This document shows, piece after piece, positions 55,156 through 63,764 of a stretch of 64,000 nucleotides of DNA. Numbering within the stretch: position 1 is the first letter of the stretch; every line of letters begins with the position of its first letter. Made by a program: the position numbers and the translations under genes. This DNA comes from a virus (Duplodnaviria > Caudoviricetes), in IMG/VR virus record IMGVR_UViG_2974528942_000001, positions 1 through 64,000 of that record; one strand, given 5' to 3'. The notes under the pieces are model-generated. The model did no database searches and was not told the DNA's origin. It worked only from the letters and a program-made list of their open reading frames with translations.

Positions 55156-55475
55156 CGCCGGGCGCGATTTTTTCTTTTGAGCAACCTCCCTGGAACTGGT
55201 TCGGTGAACTGAATCCCGTGCGCCACCATCCACACCTTGAAGTCAAGCTCACTGACACGCCAGTCAGGAACCGATTCAGGTGCGGCGATGTTGGTGATGC
55301 GCAAGCGAGTGCCCTGCCTCCCCTGGCTGCGCCCGGTGAAGTACCCAAGCTCGTTGATGATCTTGGATTCGGGGCAGTCGAGGAGGTAGGCAATCTGATC
55401 CAGTGTGTAGAAGAACTCTCGCAGTGGGAGGATCACCTCATTACGAATGTGATCCTCGTCGAAGATGCTAGGCAT
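55152..55475 (-). CDS. Putative winged-helix DNA-binding protein
   Basis: FYTLDQIAYLL...WRVSE; start MPSIFD. Confidence 0.55.
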   Translation of the reverse strand: MPSIFDEDHIRNEVILPLREFFYTLDQIAYLLDCPESKIINELGYFTGRSQGRQGTRLRITNIAAPESVPDWRVSELDFKVWMVAHGIQFTEPVPGRLLKRKNRARR

Positions 55476-55776
55476 CTTCCTTCGGAGTCCAGTCCGACTC
55501 CACCACCTTGCCCACACCGTTGCGCAGGAAGGGGGTGAACTCTGCATGCACGAAGGGGAACATGTCTCGTGCCGCACGAGGTGACACGATCACGGCCTTC
55601 TGTCCGTTGCCGTACTTCTTGCGCTGATGGTTGTAGACCTTCTCGATGTCTCGCACCATCTTCTGCACAGCCTCGGGCGTGGCCCGCGCAGTCTGGAAGG
55701 TGTGGAACCTGATGTACACCTGCTCCGCACCGGAGAACAGGGGTATCCTCTTTCTCTCTTCTTCGAGTGTGCCCAT
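55468..55776 (-). CDS. Hypothetical protein
   Basis: ATG 55776 after GAGGAGG. Confidence 0.7.
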   Translation of the reverse strand: MGTLEEERKRIPLFSGAEQVYIRFHTFQTARATPEAVQKMVRDIEKVYNHQRKKYGNGQKAVIVSPRAARDMFPFVHAEFTPFLRNGVGKVVESDWTPKEDA

Positions 55777-55778
55777 GG

Positions 55779-56435
55779 CTACCTCCTCTTTGCTTTCTGT
55801 TTCATTGCCTCGAGCCCGAGTTGCATTCCGTCCAGGGTGAGGCCCGAGAAGAAGATCGGCCGACGATGGATCTGTGCGTAGCCGATACGAGACCACCGAT
55901 CGAAGACCGCTCCGATAGCTCCCGAAGACGGGGGGTTCTCGGGATCAATGAGCAGTCCTACCTGCGCCGGTGTGAGTGGTCCGTCGAGGTCATACTTGCC
56001 GGCCTGGTATGCGATGCAGACTTTCTGAACTTCGACTTCGAGCTGGCCCCTGGCGCGCGTGCCGGTGGACGTGGGCTCGAACGTGCGTGCCGATTCCGAT
56101 AGGGTGGGAGCGACGGACGCGGGTTGCTCCGGTCGTTGTGTGGGACGGGCCGGGTCGATCAAAGAATCAGCCCTAGCCAGTGCTATCTGTCCCATCCAAG
56201 TCGGCTCAGGTGGCTCGTAGTTGGGGTTGCCGTGCTCCTTTCGCTTGGCCCCTGCCATCTCGTACATCTTGTTGATGGTGATGTGACACTTGCAGGAACA
56301 TATCTCGTGAGCTGTGCAAACCTTCATGGGCTTGCCGCTCGGGCTTACCGGTGCCAGTCCTTCATGTGCGCCAGTTCCACAGAAGCCGGTGATGTAGTTA
56401 CTCTTGGGCTTCTTGACCTTCGTTTCTGTTGACAC
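55779..56435 (-). CDS. Hypothetical protein, N-terminal Cys/His cluster
   Basis: GFCGTGAHEG...CTAHEICSCKCH. Confidence 0.75.
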   Translation of the reverse strand: MSTETKVKKPKSNYITGFCGTGAHEGLAPVSPSGKPMKVCTAHEICSCKCHITINKMYEMAGAKRKEHGNPNYEPPEPTWMGQIALARADSLIDPARPTQRPEQPASVAPTLSESARTFEPTSTGTRARGQLEVEVQKVCIAYQAGKYDLDGPLTPAQVGLLIDPENPPSSGAIGAVFDRWSRIGYAQIHRRPIFFSGLTLDGMQLGLEAMKQKAKRR

Positions 56436-56922
56436 CTATCATCTCCTCTTTTGCGACGAACACGCCGACGGGTGCTGATGAGAAGGCGGTGGCCTGCTGT
56501 TCGAGGATCGCTCCCGAATCCCCAGACCAATCGCGCTTCAGGTACGGTAGATCGAACTCGTCACCCTCGCGAACGAGGACGGCAGACTGCGGGCGGAAGC
56601 ACCGGGGGTACTTAGTGCTGCCCTCTTCCAATGCGCGGTACGCTATGCGATCGCGCTCACGTACAACCTCGCGCGCATTCTCGCACGAGATGGTGATCAT
56701 TCTTTGGAACGCCGTGAGCTCATCTTCACGCATGGCAGTGAGCATGAGCTTGATTGTCGTGGCCTTGTCCGAGAGGATCAGGGTTACCTCGGCACCATCC
56801 TCTGCCGAGTCCCTCTCACTCTTCCGGGTGTCGATGTAGAGCGTAGCCATGAAGGTCTTGATCGACACCCAGGCACGGCGAGATGGGGACAGTACGTCGG
56901 AGGTACGAGTTCGCCCGGCCAT
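56398..56922 (-). CDS. Hypothetical protein (start uncertain, 56922 or 56850)
   Basis: Fills the operon gap; coding-like composition from MATLYID. Confidence 0.6.
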   Translation of the reverse strand: MAGRTRTSDVLSPSRRAWVSIKTFMATLYIDTRKSERDSAEDGAEVTLILSDKATTIKLMLTAMREDELTAFQRMITISCENAREVVRERDRIAYRALEEGSTKYPRCFRPQSAVLVREGDEFDLPYLKRDWSGDSGAILEQQATAFSSAPVGVFVAKEEMIGVNRNEGQEAQE

Positions 56923-56923
56923 C

Positions 56924-57187
56924 CTACGGTGCAAGTTTCGCTTGTCGTTTGGCCCTGGCAACTTCCATCCTCTCCTGGTGGGACACTCGGGCTGGCGCGT
57001 TGTAGTCGTCGTCGTTGTACAAGCAGCGATCGCAGAACCACTCGAGTGCCCGGGTGCGGAAGACGTTTCCACGAGAGCCCATCGTGGCAAAGACCACTTT
57101 CTTCACCGAGAGGTTATCCCGAGGAACGATGGCTCCGCACCCTGTGCAGGCGTAGTCTCCTGCCGGGTCGGGCTTCGTGAATGCCAT
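56924..57187 (-). CDS. Small Zn-finger-like protein
   Basis: CTGC...FCDRC; SD GGAAGG. Confidence 0.7.
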   Translation of the reverse strand: MAFTKPDPAGDYACTGCGAIVPRDNLSVKKVVFATMGSRGNVFRTRALEWFCDRCLYNDDDYNAPARVSHQERMEVARAKRQAKLAP

Positions 57188-57199
57188 TGTCTTGCCTTC

Positions 57200-58090
57200 C
57201 TATAACGGTTCCGAGATGGTACTCGGAAAGGTTCGCCTGCTTTTGAGCGCGTCGTTGTTGTTCACGACACAGTTCAGACACTGATGCTTGGTGACCAACA
57301 GCAGGGAGTCGATGTCGTTCTTGAGTGCAGCCAGGGGGCGGGCGCAGGAGCTGCACTGACGGGTGCGATCCGCGCCGGTGACCTCAGCAAAGCCGATGCC
57401 TGCATCCATGAGCATGCCAGCGATCTGGTCGTGGGTCACTGTGAACAGGTCAACGTCACTGCACACGGGGATGATTGCAGGCATAACGAGCCCACCGAAC
57501 TTGTACTCACCCATGCAGAAGATGTCCACCATCGAGGTGTGAATACTCTCGTCTCTGTCAACCATCGAGGGCACGATGATCAACTCGAAGTGAAGTATCA
57601 CCTCGCCCGCATTGAAGATCGGACCCTTGAATACGACGGGAGCAGGCTGGAACCAACTCGCAATGTACGGCAGAAGGTTGAGATCTGCGTAGGTCTGGGT
57701 CGTTGCGCGGTGGTGCGGGAGGCTGTAGCACTCCTTCGACTTGTCTTGAAGGTGGTCGCCCCTGCACTGTGTGATCAGGTTGATGTAGGGGATGTCAGGC
57801 ATGTTGGACATGGTCAGTCCAAGGCCGGCTCGAATGTCCATCTGAATCCTGATGCCAGGCTCGTTGGAAAAGTCAAAGGTCCATCGAACCTTGTTACCGT
57901 AGTCATCGAGGCGGGCGCTGGTTATTTTGAAGTCGAAGTACTGCTTGTTGTGCTCGGCACGCATTCCAAGCATCTGGGTGTTGAGTTCGAGGTGGGTGTC
58001 GAGAAACTTCTCGGTCACCAGGTAGCGGAAGTCAACGACCTCGACGCCGGGAATGTGATCTTGTATACCGAACTTGTCACTGCTCGTCAT
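57200..58090 (-). CDS. Hypothetical protein with C-terminal Zn ribbon
   Basis: ATG 58090 after AAAGGGGG; CSSC...CLNC. Confidence 0.7.
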   Translation of the reverse strand: MTSSDKFGIQDHIPGVEVVDFRYLVTEKFLDTHLELNTQMLGMRAEHNKQYFDFKITSARLDDYGNKVRWTFDFSNEPGIRIQMDIRAGLGLTMSNMPDIPYINLITQCRGDHLQDKSKECYSLPHHRATTQTYADLNLLPYIASWFQPAPVVFKGPIFNAGEVILHFELIIVPSMVDRDESIHTSMVDIFCMGEYKFGGLVMPAIIPVCSDVDLFTVTHDQIAGMLMDAGIGFAEVTGADRTRQCSSCARPLAALKNDIDSLLLVTKHQCLNCVVNNNDALKSRRTFPSTISEPL

Positions 58091-58418
58091 CGTCACCCCC
58101 TTTGTATTTGAGTAGCTTGCCCGTGGGCTTGGACGGGCCGAGCTTCTCTTTGTGCTTGCGTACCTCGGGGAGGCTGAGCATCCCATTGGTGTGGAACAAT
58201 CTGATTGCCGAGTCCATGTCGTGGTCGACCTCGACCACTGGCTTGCGGCGTGCTGGCTTGGGTGCTGGCTTGGCCTCGACCTTGGGCTTTGGTTTGGGCC
58301 GAAGCTTGGCGGAGGTGGTGGATGCCTTGGGCTTTGCGCTAGCCTTCTTGCGTGCGGGCTTGTTGCACGAGCACGGATACTCGTCACAGAACAGGCAGGG
58401 TTCGCCACCCTTTGGCAT
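58077..58418 (-). CDS. Basic Lys/Pro-rich protein with Cys cluster
   Basis: CLFCDEYPCSC; SD GGGAGG. Confidence 0.7.
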   Translation of the reverse strand: MPKGGEPCLFCDEYPCSCNKPARKKASAKPKASTTSAKLRPKPKPKVEAKPAPKPARRKPVVEVDHDMDSAIRLFHTNGMLSLPEVRKHKEKLGPSKPTGKLLKYKGGDDDEQ

Positions 58419-58422
58419 TCAC

Positions 58423-58542
58423 TTACCTCCCATTCTTTAGCTTATCTTCAGCATGCATTGCCCAGAGGATAGAGCCAACGCAGATGCCGCCAACAACAAG
58501 ACCCCACGCAGCGGCAATGCATATGGCGATCAGTGTGTTCAA
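58423..58542 (-). CDS. Small single-TM protein (39 aa)
   Basis: TTG start after GGAGG, just downstream of promoter 58566-58595. Confidence 0.6.
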   Translation of the reverse strand: MNTLIAICIAAAWGLVVGGICVGSILWAMHAEDKLKNGR

Positions 58543-58565
58543 TCTCTGCCTCCGTTGTTTCGTAC

Positions 58566-58595
58566 ATGGTACCATACGGTACGCGCGGGTGTCAA
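58566..58595 (-). promoter_or_regulatory. Early SigA-type promoter
   Basis: TTGACA-18 bp-TACCAT, shares GGTACCATGTAC with the 55.1-kb promoter. Confidence 0.7.
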
Positions 58596-58762
58596 TCCGA
58601 TGACTTGCTCTCGCGTATGGCATCTGCGAGATCGAGGATAGCCACTGCAACAGCAGTGGTTGCGGTGGCGGTGGCTCGGTCTACAGCCCGATCGTAGTTG
58701 GCCGTGCGATCTTCGGCAGAGCGGATGAGTCGCTCGGCTCGTACTCGATTGGCGCCCTTCAC
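58592..58762 (-). CDS. Small helical protein
   Basis: GTG 58762 after GGAG; TGA overlaps the -35 of the next promoter. Confidence 0.55.
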   Translation of the reverse strand: MKGANRVRAERLIRSAEDRTANYDRAVDRATATATTAVAVAILDLADAIRESKSSD

Positions 58763-58911
58763 TGCTGCTCCGTTCCTGGATGGTTGGTGTGCTCGTTGCA
58801 GTGCTCGGTGATGGTGACATCGAGCTCTGTGTAGTCGTACATGTCTCGGGCATCGACCTCGCCCTTGCATCCACACTCGGCAACGAAGTCACCGAAGAAG
58901 TTAACTGCCAT
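58759..58911 (-). CDS. Small Cys/His protein (50 aa), not in ORF track
   Basis: MAVNFFGDFVAECGCKGE...HCNEH; overlaps both neighbours. Confidence 0.55.
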   Translation of the reverse strand: MAVNFFGDFVAECGCKGEVDARDMYDYTELDVTITEHCNEHTNHPGTEQQ

Positions 58912-59662
58912 CGAGCTTCGCCGCCTCGTGGTCGTACTGATCGGAGCTGATCTTTAGGATCGACATGATCGTCTCCTTCGGAAAGTTGCCGTGCATCTTC
59001 TTGATGGCGGCGAGGTCGGACTCCTTGAGTGCCTTGAACTTGCCGGTCTTGGGGTCGGCAGCCGGGCCAGTCGGTGGGCGCTTGGGCTTGCGCTGCTTGG
59101 GTGGCTCGCCCATGTACACCTCGCCGGCACTGATCGCACGACCTCGCTCGATCTGCTCATCGGTGCGGCAGCCGGGTGTCTGTGCGTAGTCGAGCTCGCC
59201 TCGGTTCATGCGGTAGCGCTTGCGTGCCCACTGCGCTACGGCTTTGACGTCGGGGAAGTGACTGAGCGGAGACACCAGCCAGATGGAGTAGGCCAGGCCC
59301 TGGGCCTCGCCCTGCATCCTGATGTATCCATCGACGAGCTTCTGTCCCTGGCCGGTGTCGTCGGGCTCGGACCACTCTTCGATGTTGGACTTGTTCTCGA
59401 TCAGATACTTGGTTATCTGATCGAGCTTGGCCCACATCGCTTCCATCGGGGGCAGTCCGTTCGGGTCGTTCAAAGGTCCCTCCTCGATCTTGTATGGGCA
59501 GGTAAGACTCTGGTGTCGGGTACGCTCAGCGTATGCACCCTCTTTGCTGCGATGGAAGGTACGCCAGTGGCACCCTGCAACACCGCACTCGTATGTGTAC
59601 TTTTCCCGACCCTCGTTCTCGGGGAGATCGAGGGTCGGGAAAATCTCAGGCCAGCCGGACAC
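58901..59662 (-). CDS. Hypothetical protein
   Basis: 253 aa; CGVAGCHW...RHQSLTC. Confidence 0.8.
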   Translation of the reverse strand: MSGWPEIFPTLDLPENEGREKYTYECGVAGCHWRTFHRSKEGAYAERTRHQSLTCPYKIEEGPLNDPNGLPPMEAMWAKLDQITKYLIENKSNIEEWSEPDDTGQGQKLVDGYIRMQGEAQGLAYSIWLVSPLSHFPDVKAVAQWARKRYRMNRGELDYAQTPGCRTDEQIERGRAISAGEVYMGEPPKQRKPKRPPTGPAADPKTGKFKALKESDLAAIKKMHGNFPKETIMSILKISSDQYDHEAAKLDGS

Positions 59663-60090
59663 TAGCCGTCGTCTCGGTTGAGGCGCTTGATGTAGTCCTG
59701 ATACTCGTTCTCTGTCATGGGCATGCCGTGAAGAGTTCGAGTCTTCGGCTCCTTGTCCGTCTCGGGGGTGGCGTCGTCGACCTTCTTGATCGTCGCCTCC
59801 GAGTCAGTGACCACAGCCGGAGCCATGCCGTAGTTGAAGGCGGCATCCACTCCGGTGGGAACCTTGCTGGACACACCGCCGACGTTGCGCGCCACGTGCT
59901 GGAACAGGTTGAGGTAGCCGGTGTTGCTGCCGACCAGGAAGTTGGCGAGTGCATCCTTCACGTCTTGCGGAATGTCGTTTGCGCTGATGCCCCCCTCGGG
60001 TTCGGTGGCGCGGCCGACCTCGATGCGCCACGTGCCGCTCATGTACACCACGTCGGTGACCTTGGGCTGGAAGGCGGGAATGTCTGTCAT
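59662..60090 (-). CDS. Hypothetical protein
   Basis: TGATG-coupled start MTDIPAF. Confidence 0.7.
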   Translation of the reverse strand: MTDIPAFQPKVTDVVYMSGTWRIEVGRATEPEGGISANDIPQDVKDALANFLVGSNTGYLNLFQHVARNVGGVSSKVPTGVDAAFNYGMAPAVVTDSEATIKKVDDATPETDKEPKTRTLHGMPMTENEYQDYIKRLNRDDG

Positions 60091-60341
60091 CAGAAAACTC
60101 CTGGGGGTTTCGTGTTCTCGGTGTTGCAGTGCCATTTGCCTGCGGCGTCGGCTTCCTGTGTGGTGCGAAGGGCCATCGAAAACCATCCACACTTGCACTG
60201 TGCCATCGGGAGCCGGTACTCACCCCGCCCATCACGTTCATTGAGGGGCGGGGTGAGGCACAGCTCGTACTCATGAGCGGGACCACCGGGTGTGCCGATC
60301 GGCAACACCTCGATGATCTCGAACTCCGGCTCGTCGGACAT
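60090..60341 (-). CDS. Small Cys/His protein
   Basis: CKCGWF...WHC; coupled both sides. Confidence 0.65.
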   Translation of the reverse strand: MSDEPEFEIIEVLPIGTPGGPAHEYELCLTPPLNERDGRGEYRLPMAQCKCGWFSMALRTTQEADAAGKWHCNTENTKPPGVF

Positions 60342-60661
60342 CAGTCCTCGGCGGGGGCTTCCGGCTCGGCGGGGGCCTCGGGCTCCGGGTCGTCGAAGTA
60401 CGTCGGCCGCTCGTAGGTGTAGTCCGGGCCGTTGCTCGGCAGGTCACCCATGTTGATCGGCTCGCTGTTCGCGCCGCCTCCGATGTTGTCGCCGTTGGTG
60501 GAGATGATCGGCGGCGGGCAAGGTGCCGGGCCGGTCGGGGTCGAGATGGTGCAGGCGGTGCTGACGTACGCCGGTGCCGGGGTCGGGCTGGCGACGGCGA
60601 TTGCCGGTGCTGCGAATGCGAGGGCTCCTGCTGCGAGCCCGAGTGCGATGCGCTTGATCAT
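60341..60661 (-). CDS. Signal-peptide-bearing Pro/acidic protein
   Basis: MIKRIALGLAAGALAFAAPAIAVA; SD AAGGAGA. Confidence 0.7.
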   Translation of the reverse strand: MIKRIALGLAAGALAFAAPAIAVASPTPAPAYVSTACTISTPTGPAPCPPPIISTNGDNIGGGANSEPINMGDLPSNGPDYTYERPTYFDDPEPEAPAEPEAPAED

Positions 60662-60702
60662 TGTGTGTTCTCCTTCTTGTTGTTACTGCGGTGGTTGGTG
60701 AG

Positions 60703-61095
60703 TCAGTAGCAGCCGGTGAACGAGTAGTAGTCGCTCGTGTCCTCGGACTTGGCGACGAGGACTCCGTCGAGGTAGATGGCGCAGTACACGTAGCCGCCGT
60801 CCTCGTCGGTGATCCAGGTGCTGACGTACGAGACGTCGTCACCTGCGTTGAATGTCTGCCACCCACAGCTGCGAGTGCCGTCGCCGATGCGACCGGACAG
60901 TCGGAAGGTTCCGTCCTCGGTGCCGCCGTAGGCGTTGGTGTTCTCGATCTGCACGTCGGCCCCGCTGTCGGTGCACCAGACGTACTTGACGTCGTCGTAC
61001 TCGTCGACGCTGACTGCGGACGCTGTGCCTGCCGATGCGGCGAGGATGGCTGCGGCGCTGACACATGCGATGCCAGCCTTCTTGAGCATGTTCAT
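60703..61095 (-). CDS. Signal-peptide-bearing protein, MmpS-like beta domain possible
   Basis: MNMLKKAGIACVSAAAILAASAGTASA; YCAIYLDGVLV; SD AAGGAGA. Confidence 0.7.
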   Translation of the reverse strand: MNMLKKAGIACVSAAAILAASAGTASAVSVDEYDDVKYVWCTDSGADVQIENTNAYGGTEDGTFRLSGRIGDGTRSCGWQTFNAGDDVSYVSTWITDEDGGYVYCAIYLDGVLVAKSEDTSDYYSFTGCY

Positions 61096-61133
61096 TGAGT
61101 TCTCCTTGGTCTGTGGTACCACGGTGTAGGTAG

Positions 61134-61164
61134 AAAACAGGCCCGGCCTAGTGACCGGGCCTGT
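61134..61164 (-). terminator. Intrinsic terminator
   Basis: 10-bp stem ACAGGCCCGG/CCGGGCCTGT with a T run on the minus strand. Confidence 0.7.
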
Positions 61165-61190
61165 TCAAAGCGACTACGACTGTGACGCGG

Positions 61191-61637
61191 TCAGTCGTCG
61201 TCGCCGTCTTCGGACTCGCCGGCCTCGTCGTCGTCCTCTTCCGGCTTCGGCGGGGGGTCCGCATGGAAGTGACCGAGGGGCGAGTGGTCGAGGCTCTCGT
61301 GGAACTCGAACGCCGCCTCCGGGGTCATGGCGTCGATGTCGGCGAGCGGGTAGCCGTGGCGATCCACGAGGTGACGCTTGATGTTGGTGATCGCGATGGG
61401 GTTGAGACGTCGGGGCTTGAGCTCGGCGACGGCCTCGGGTGCGAGCGCCGGGTTGCTGATCTGTGCGGTCGGAACCATGACGCCGTTCGACTTGCCCTTG
61501 GGCTTGTAGAAGGTGAACTGTTCCGAGGTTGCCTCGATCGTGGCCTCGACCTGGACGGGCTCGGCGCCCTCCTCGGTGAGGGTGAACGAAACCTTGCGGC
61601 CGACGTACTCGTCGAGTTCTACTGTTGGTGCGGTCAT
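61191..61637 (-). CDS. Acidic-tailed hypothetical protein, likely highly expressed early gene
   Basis: SD AAGGAGG, own promoter and terminator, high GC3. Confidence 0.8.
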   Translation of the reverse strand: MTAPTVELDEYVGRKVSFTLTEEGAEPVQVEATIEATSEQFTFYKPKGKSNGVMVPTAQISNPALAPEAVAELKPRRLNPIAITNIKRHLVDRHGYPLADIDAMTPEAAFEFHESLDHSPLGHFHADPPPKPEEDDDEAGESEDGDDD

Positions 61638-61681
61638 TGTGCCTCCTTGGATTGGTGAGATGTTTTTGGTTGCTCCGTTGT

Positions 61682-61711
61682 ACGGTACCACACACGACAA
61701 CCCGTGTGCAA
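61682..61711 (-). promoter_or_regulatory. Early SigA-type promoter
   Basis: TTGCAC-18 bp-TACCGT with TGTGTGG preceding the -10 as at 55.1 kb. Confidence 0.6.
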
Positions 61712-61724
61712 TACCCGTCCGTGA

Positions 61725-61805
61725 CTAACTTTTGCTATCGAGCCACATCATGAATCCAATGAGTGCTACAACAGCGAGTGCCACGATTGTGTCCTGCCAA
61801 GTCAT
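61725..61805 (-). CDS. Tiny single-TM peptide (26 aa)
   Basis: ATGA overlap; MTWQDTIVALAVVALIGFMMWLDSKS. Confidence 0.5.
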   Translation of the reverse strand: MTWQDTIVALAVVALIGFMMWLDSKS

Positions 61806-62275
61806 CGTAGAACCTCGAGCGAGTTGAGTCCGGCGAGACTGATGTACCGCATGAGCTCCGGCCAGGTGAAGCCGGACTCGGGATGATCCTCGAGGGTCGG
61901 GGCCACGAACCACTTGGCTGCATGCTGTCCGTTGTCGTCCGACATCAGAAGCGCTGCGCCGATGGCAACCGAGGGCACGGTCATGGCTCGCTCGACACCC
62001 TTCGAATCCTCGCCTTCGCGCACGAGATCGAAGGCCACCACCGCTGGGTAGATGCGGCCCTCCTCGAATCGAACCTGAGGCTCGAGTGCGTAGATCTCCT
62101 CGATGAGTGCGGTCTGCTGCTTGAGCAACGCCTCGTCGTCGGCGTCGCCGTCGGCCTCGACCCACGACTGCAGCTCCCGAGCCAGTCGCTTGCACTTGGC
62201 TTCGAGGAGCTGCGCTCGGGACAAGAACCCGAACCCCCCAGTGTTACGACGCTTCCGAGTTTTCTTTGTACTCAC
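61802..62275 (-). CDS. Hypothetical protein
   Basis: 157 aa, SD GAGGG. Confidence 0.75.
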   Translation of the reverse strand: MSTKKTRKRRNTGGFGFLSRAQLLEAKCKRLARELQSWVEADGDADDEALLKQQTALIEEIYALEPQVRFEEGRIYPAVVAFDLVREGEDSKGVERAMTVPSVAIGAALLMSDDNGQHAAKWFVAPTLEDHPESGFTWPELMRYISLAGLNSLEVLR

Positions 62276-62405
62276 TCGCCCTCGCTTCTCTTGATAGGTG
62301 ATGCCATCTCACTGACACTCTCGTGTTGCCTTCCGGCCTGGTGCAGGGCTGGTCACGCGGCGCGAAGCACGCCGGGCAGCTGACCTTACTGGCGTGTACT
62401 GCCAT
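62244..62405 (-). CDS. Small Zn-finger protein
   Basis: VSCPACFAPRDQPC...HHLSR; ATG 62405 after AGGAG. Confidence 0.6.
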   Translation of the reverse strand: MAVHASKVSCPACFAPRDQPCTRPEGNTRVSVRWHHLSREARASEYKENSEAS

Positions 62406-62919
62406 CTGTCTCCTCGATTCGTCTGGTCTGGTTGCGATACTCGGGCGGCGGAAGCAGGCGCTCGTCTGTGGGGTCGACGCGCCTGGGCCAGGGCTTGATG
62501 CCAGGGCCTGTGATGGGGCCATTGATCGGGTAGCTTCCGATAGGCTTTGCTTCCTTTGCCTTGCGCCTGGCTATGATCCTTCGGCCACGTTTGTTCTTGC
62601 CCTGCTCGGTGTTCACTCGTTTGAGCCACTGCTTTGGGGTCTCGTCATACCAGCGACCGATCTCCTTTGGCCCCACCCAGATGGTGTGCTCTGGTAGGCG
62701 ATGGCCTCGCCGCAGATTGCACAGCATGTGGGTTGGTCTCAGGTTGTCCTTGCTATCGGTGCCTCCGAGAAACCTTGGTATGTAGTGGTCAGCGTTGAAG
62801 TACCAATACCCACCCTTGAGTGTGTAGTCAATCTCCTCTCCGCATATCCAGCACGGCGGCTGAAGGATTCGACACTCGCGCTTGAAGCTCAGTATCGCCA
62901 TGCGATCAACCGAAGCCAC
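62386..62919 (-). CDS. HNH endonuclease
   Basis: CWIC...DHYIPRFLGG...NLRPTHMLCNLRRG. Confidence 0.88.
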   Translation of the reverse strand: MASVDRMAILSFKRECRILQPPCWICGEEIDYTLKGGYWYFNADHYIPRFLGGTDSKDNLRPTHMLCNLRRGHRLPEHTIWVGPKEIGRWYDETPKQWLKRVNTEQGKNKRGRRIIARRKAKEAKPIGSYPINGPITGPGIKPWPRRVDPTDERLLPPPEYRNQTRRIEETDGSTRQ

Positions 62920-63193
62920 CGGTCTCCATCACCTTCAGTCGGACCTTGCCGCGCTGCGCCCGGTCGAGTCCGCCCTTGATGTGGTACCCCTTGGGGTAGG
63001 TGTAGGTACGGTTCTTGATGAAGCCTGTACGACGCTCGATCAACGCACGCCGACGCAGCCCGCACCGCAGGCACCCGAGCGTTTCCCAGTAGCCCTCGGT
63101 GTTGAAGATGATGTCGCCTACTGCATCCCAGGCGTGGCCGTAGATACGACAGCGTGCGTGGTCATCGTCGAGGTTAACCTTACCGATCTTCAT
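62906..63193 (-). CDS. Zn-finger-like hypothetical protein
   Basis: CRIYGHAW...CLRCG. Confidence 0.7.
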   Translation of the reverse strand: MKIGKVNLDDDHARCRIYGHAWDAVGDIIFNTEGYWETLGCLRCGLRRRALIERRTGFIKNRTYTYPKGYHIKGGLDRAQRGKVRLKVMETGGFG

Positions 63194-63197
63194 GTGT

Positions 63198-63542
63198 TCA
63201 CCTCCATCTCCTGTGCTCTTCGTCCCACGTCTTGACCCCGGCGTCGGGGTAGTACAGGTAGGTCTCGTGTCGGTTCTCGTAGTCGTACTCGGCCGACACC
63301 ACCTGACCCTGGCCGAGGATCACCAGCCCGGCGTTGCCCTGTGGCGTGGGTGGATACAGGTGTATGATGTTCAGCTCGGCGATGTTGAGATCATCCACAT
63401 TTGCAGACTCGAGGACGATCTCGTAATCGTCCGGCACATCGGCGAGCGCGGCCTTCATCTCACCAACCGAAGCAGACCACTTGTTGGACCACTTCATGTT
63501 CTCCGGATCATCGCCCACCGGTTCGGGCATGAACTTGCTCAT
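63198..63542 (-). CDS. Hypothetical protein
   Basis: 114 aa, coupled. Confidence 0.7.
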   Translation of the reverse strand: MSKFMPEPVGDDPENMKWSNKWSASVGEMKAALADVPDDYEIVLESANVDDLNIAELNIIHLYPPTPQGNAGLVILGQGQVVSAEYDYENRHETYLYYPDAGVKTWDEEHRRWR

Positions 63543-63754
63543 CAGTCCTCCTTGATCCTGACCCTAAAGTTCGGGAACCCTCGCTCCCGAGCGTAGATGT
63601 AGTCATCCCAGAATCCCTCGGCCTTTGCATAGGCCTCGATCTCTGGGATCGAAACGAACTGCGAGGTGTGGCAGTACCCGCACCCTCCCTGGAGGCACAC
63701 CCCATCGGGGCCTGGCCAACAGATCTTCAGTGCGGTTACCTCTGCCTCTGCCAT
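63542..63754 (-). CDS. Small Cys-rich protein
   Basis: CWPGPDGVCLQGGCGYCH; SD AAGGAG. Confidence 0.65.
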   Translation of the reverse strand: MAEAEVTALKICWPGPDGVCLQGGCGYCHTSQFVSIPEIEAYAKAEGFWDDYIYARERGFPNFRVRIKED

Positions 63755-63764
63755 GGTATTCTCC

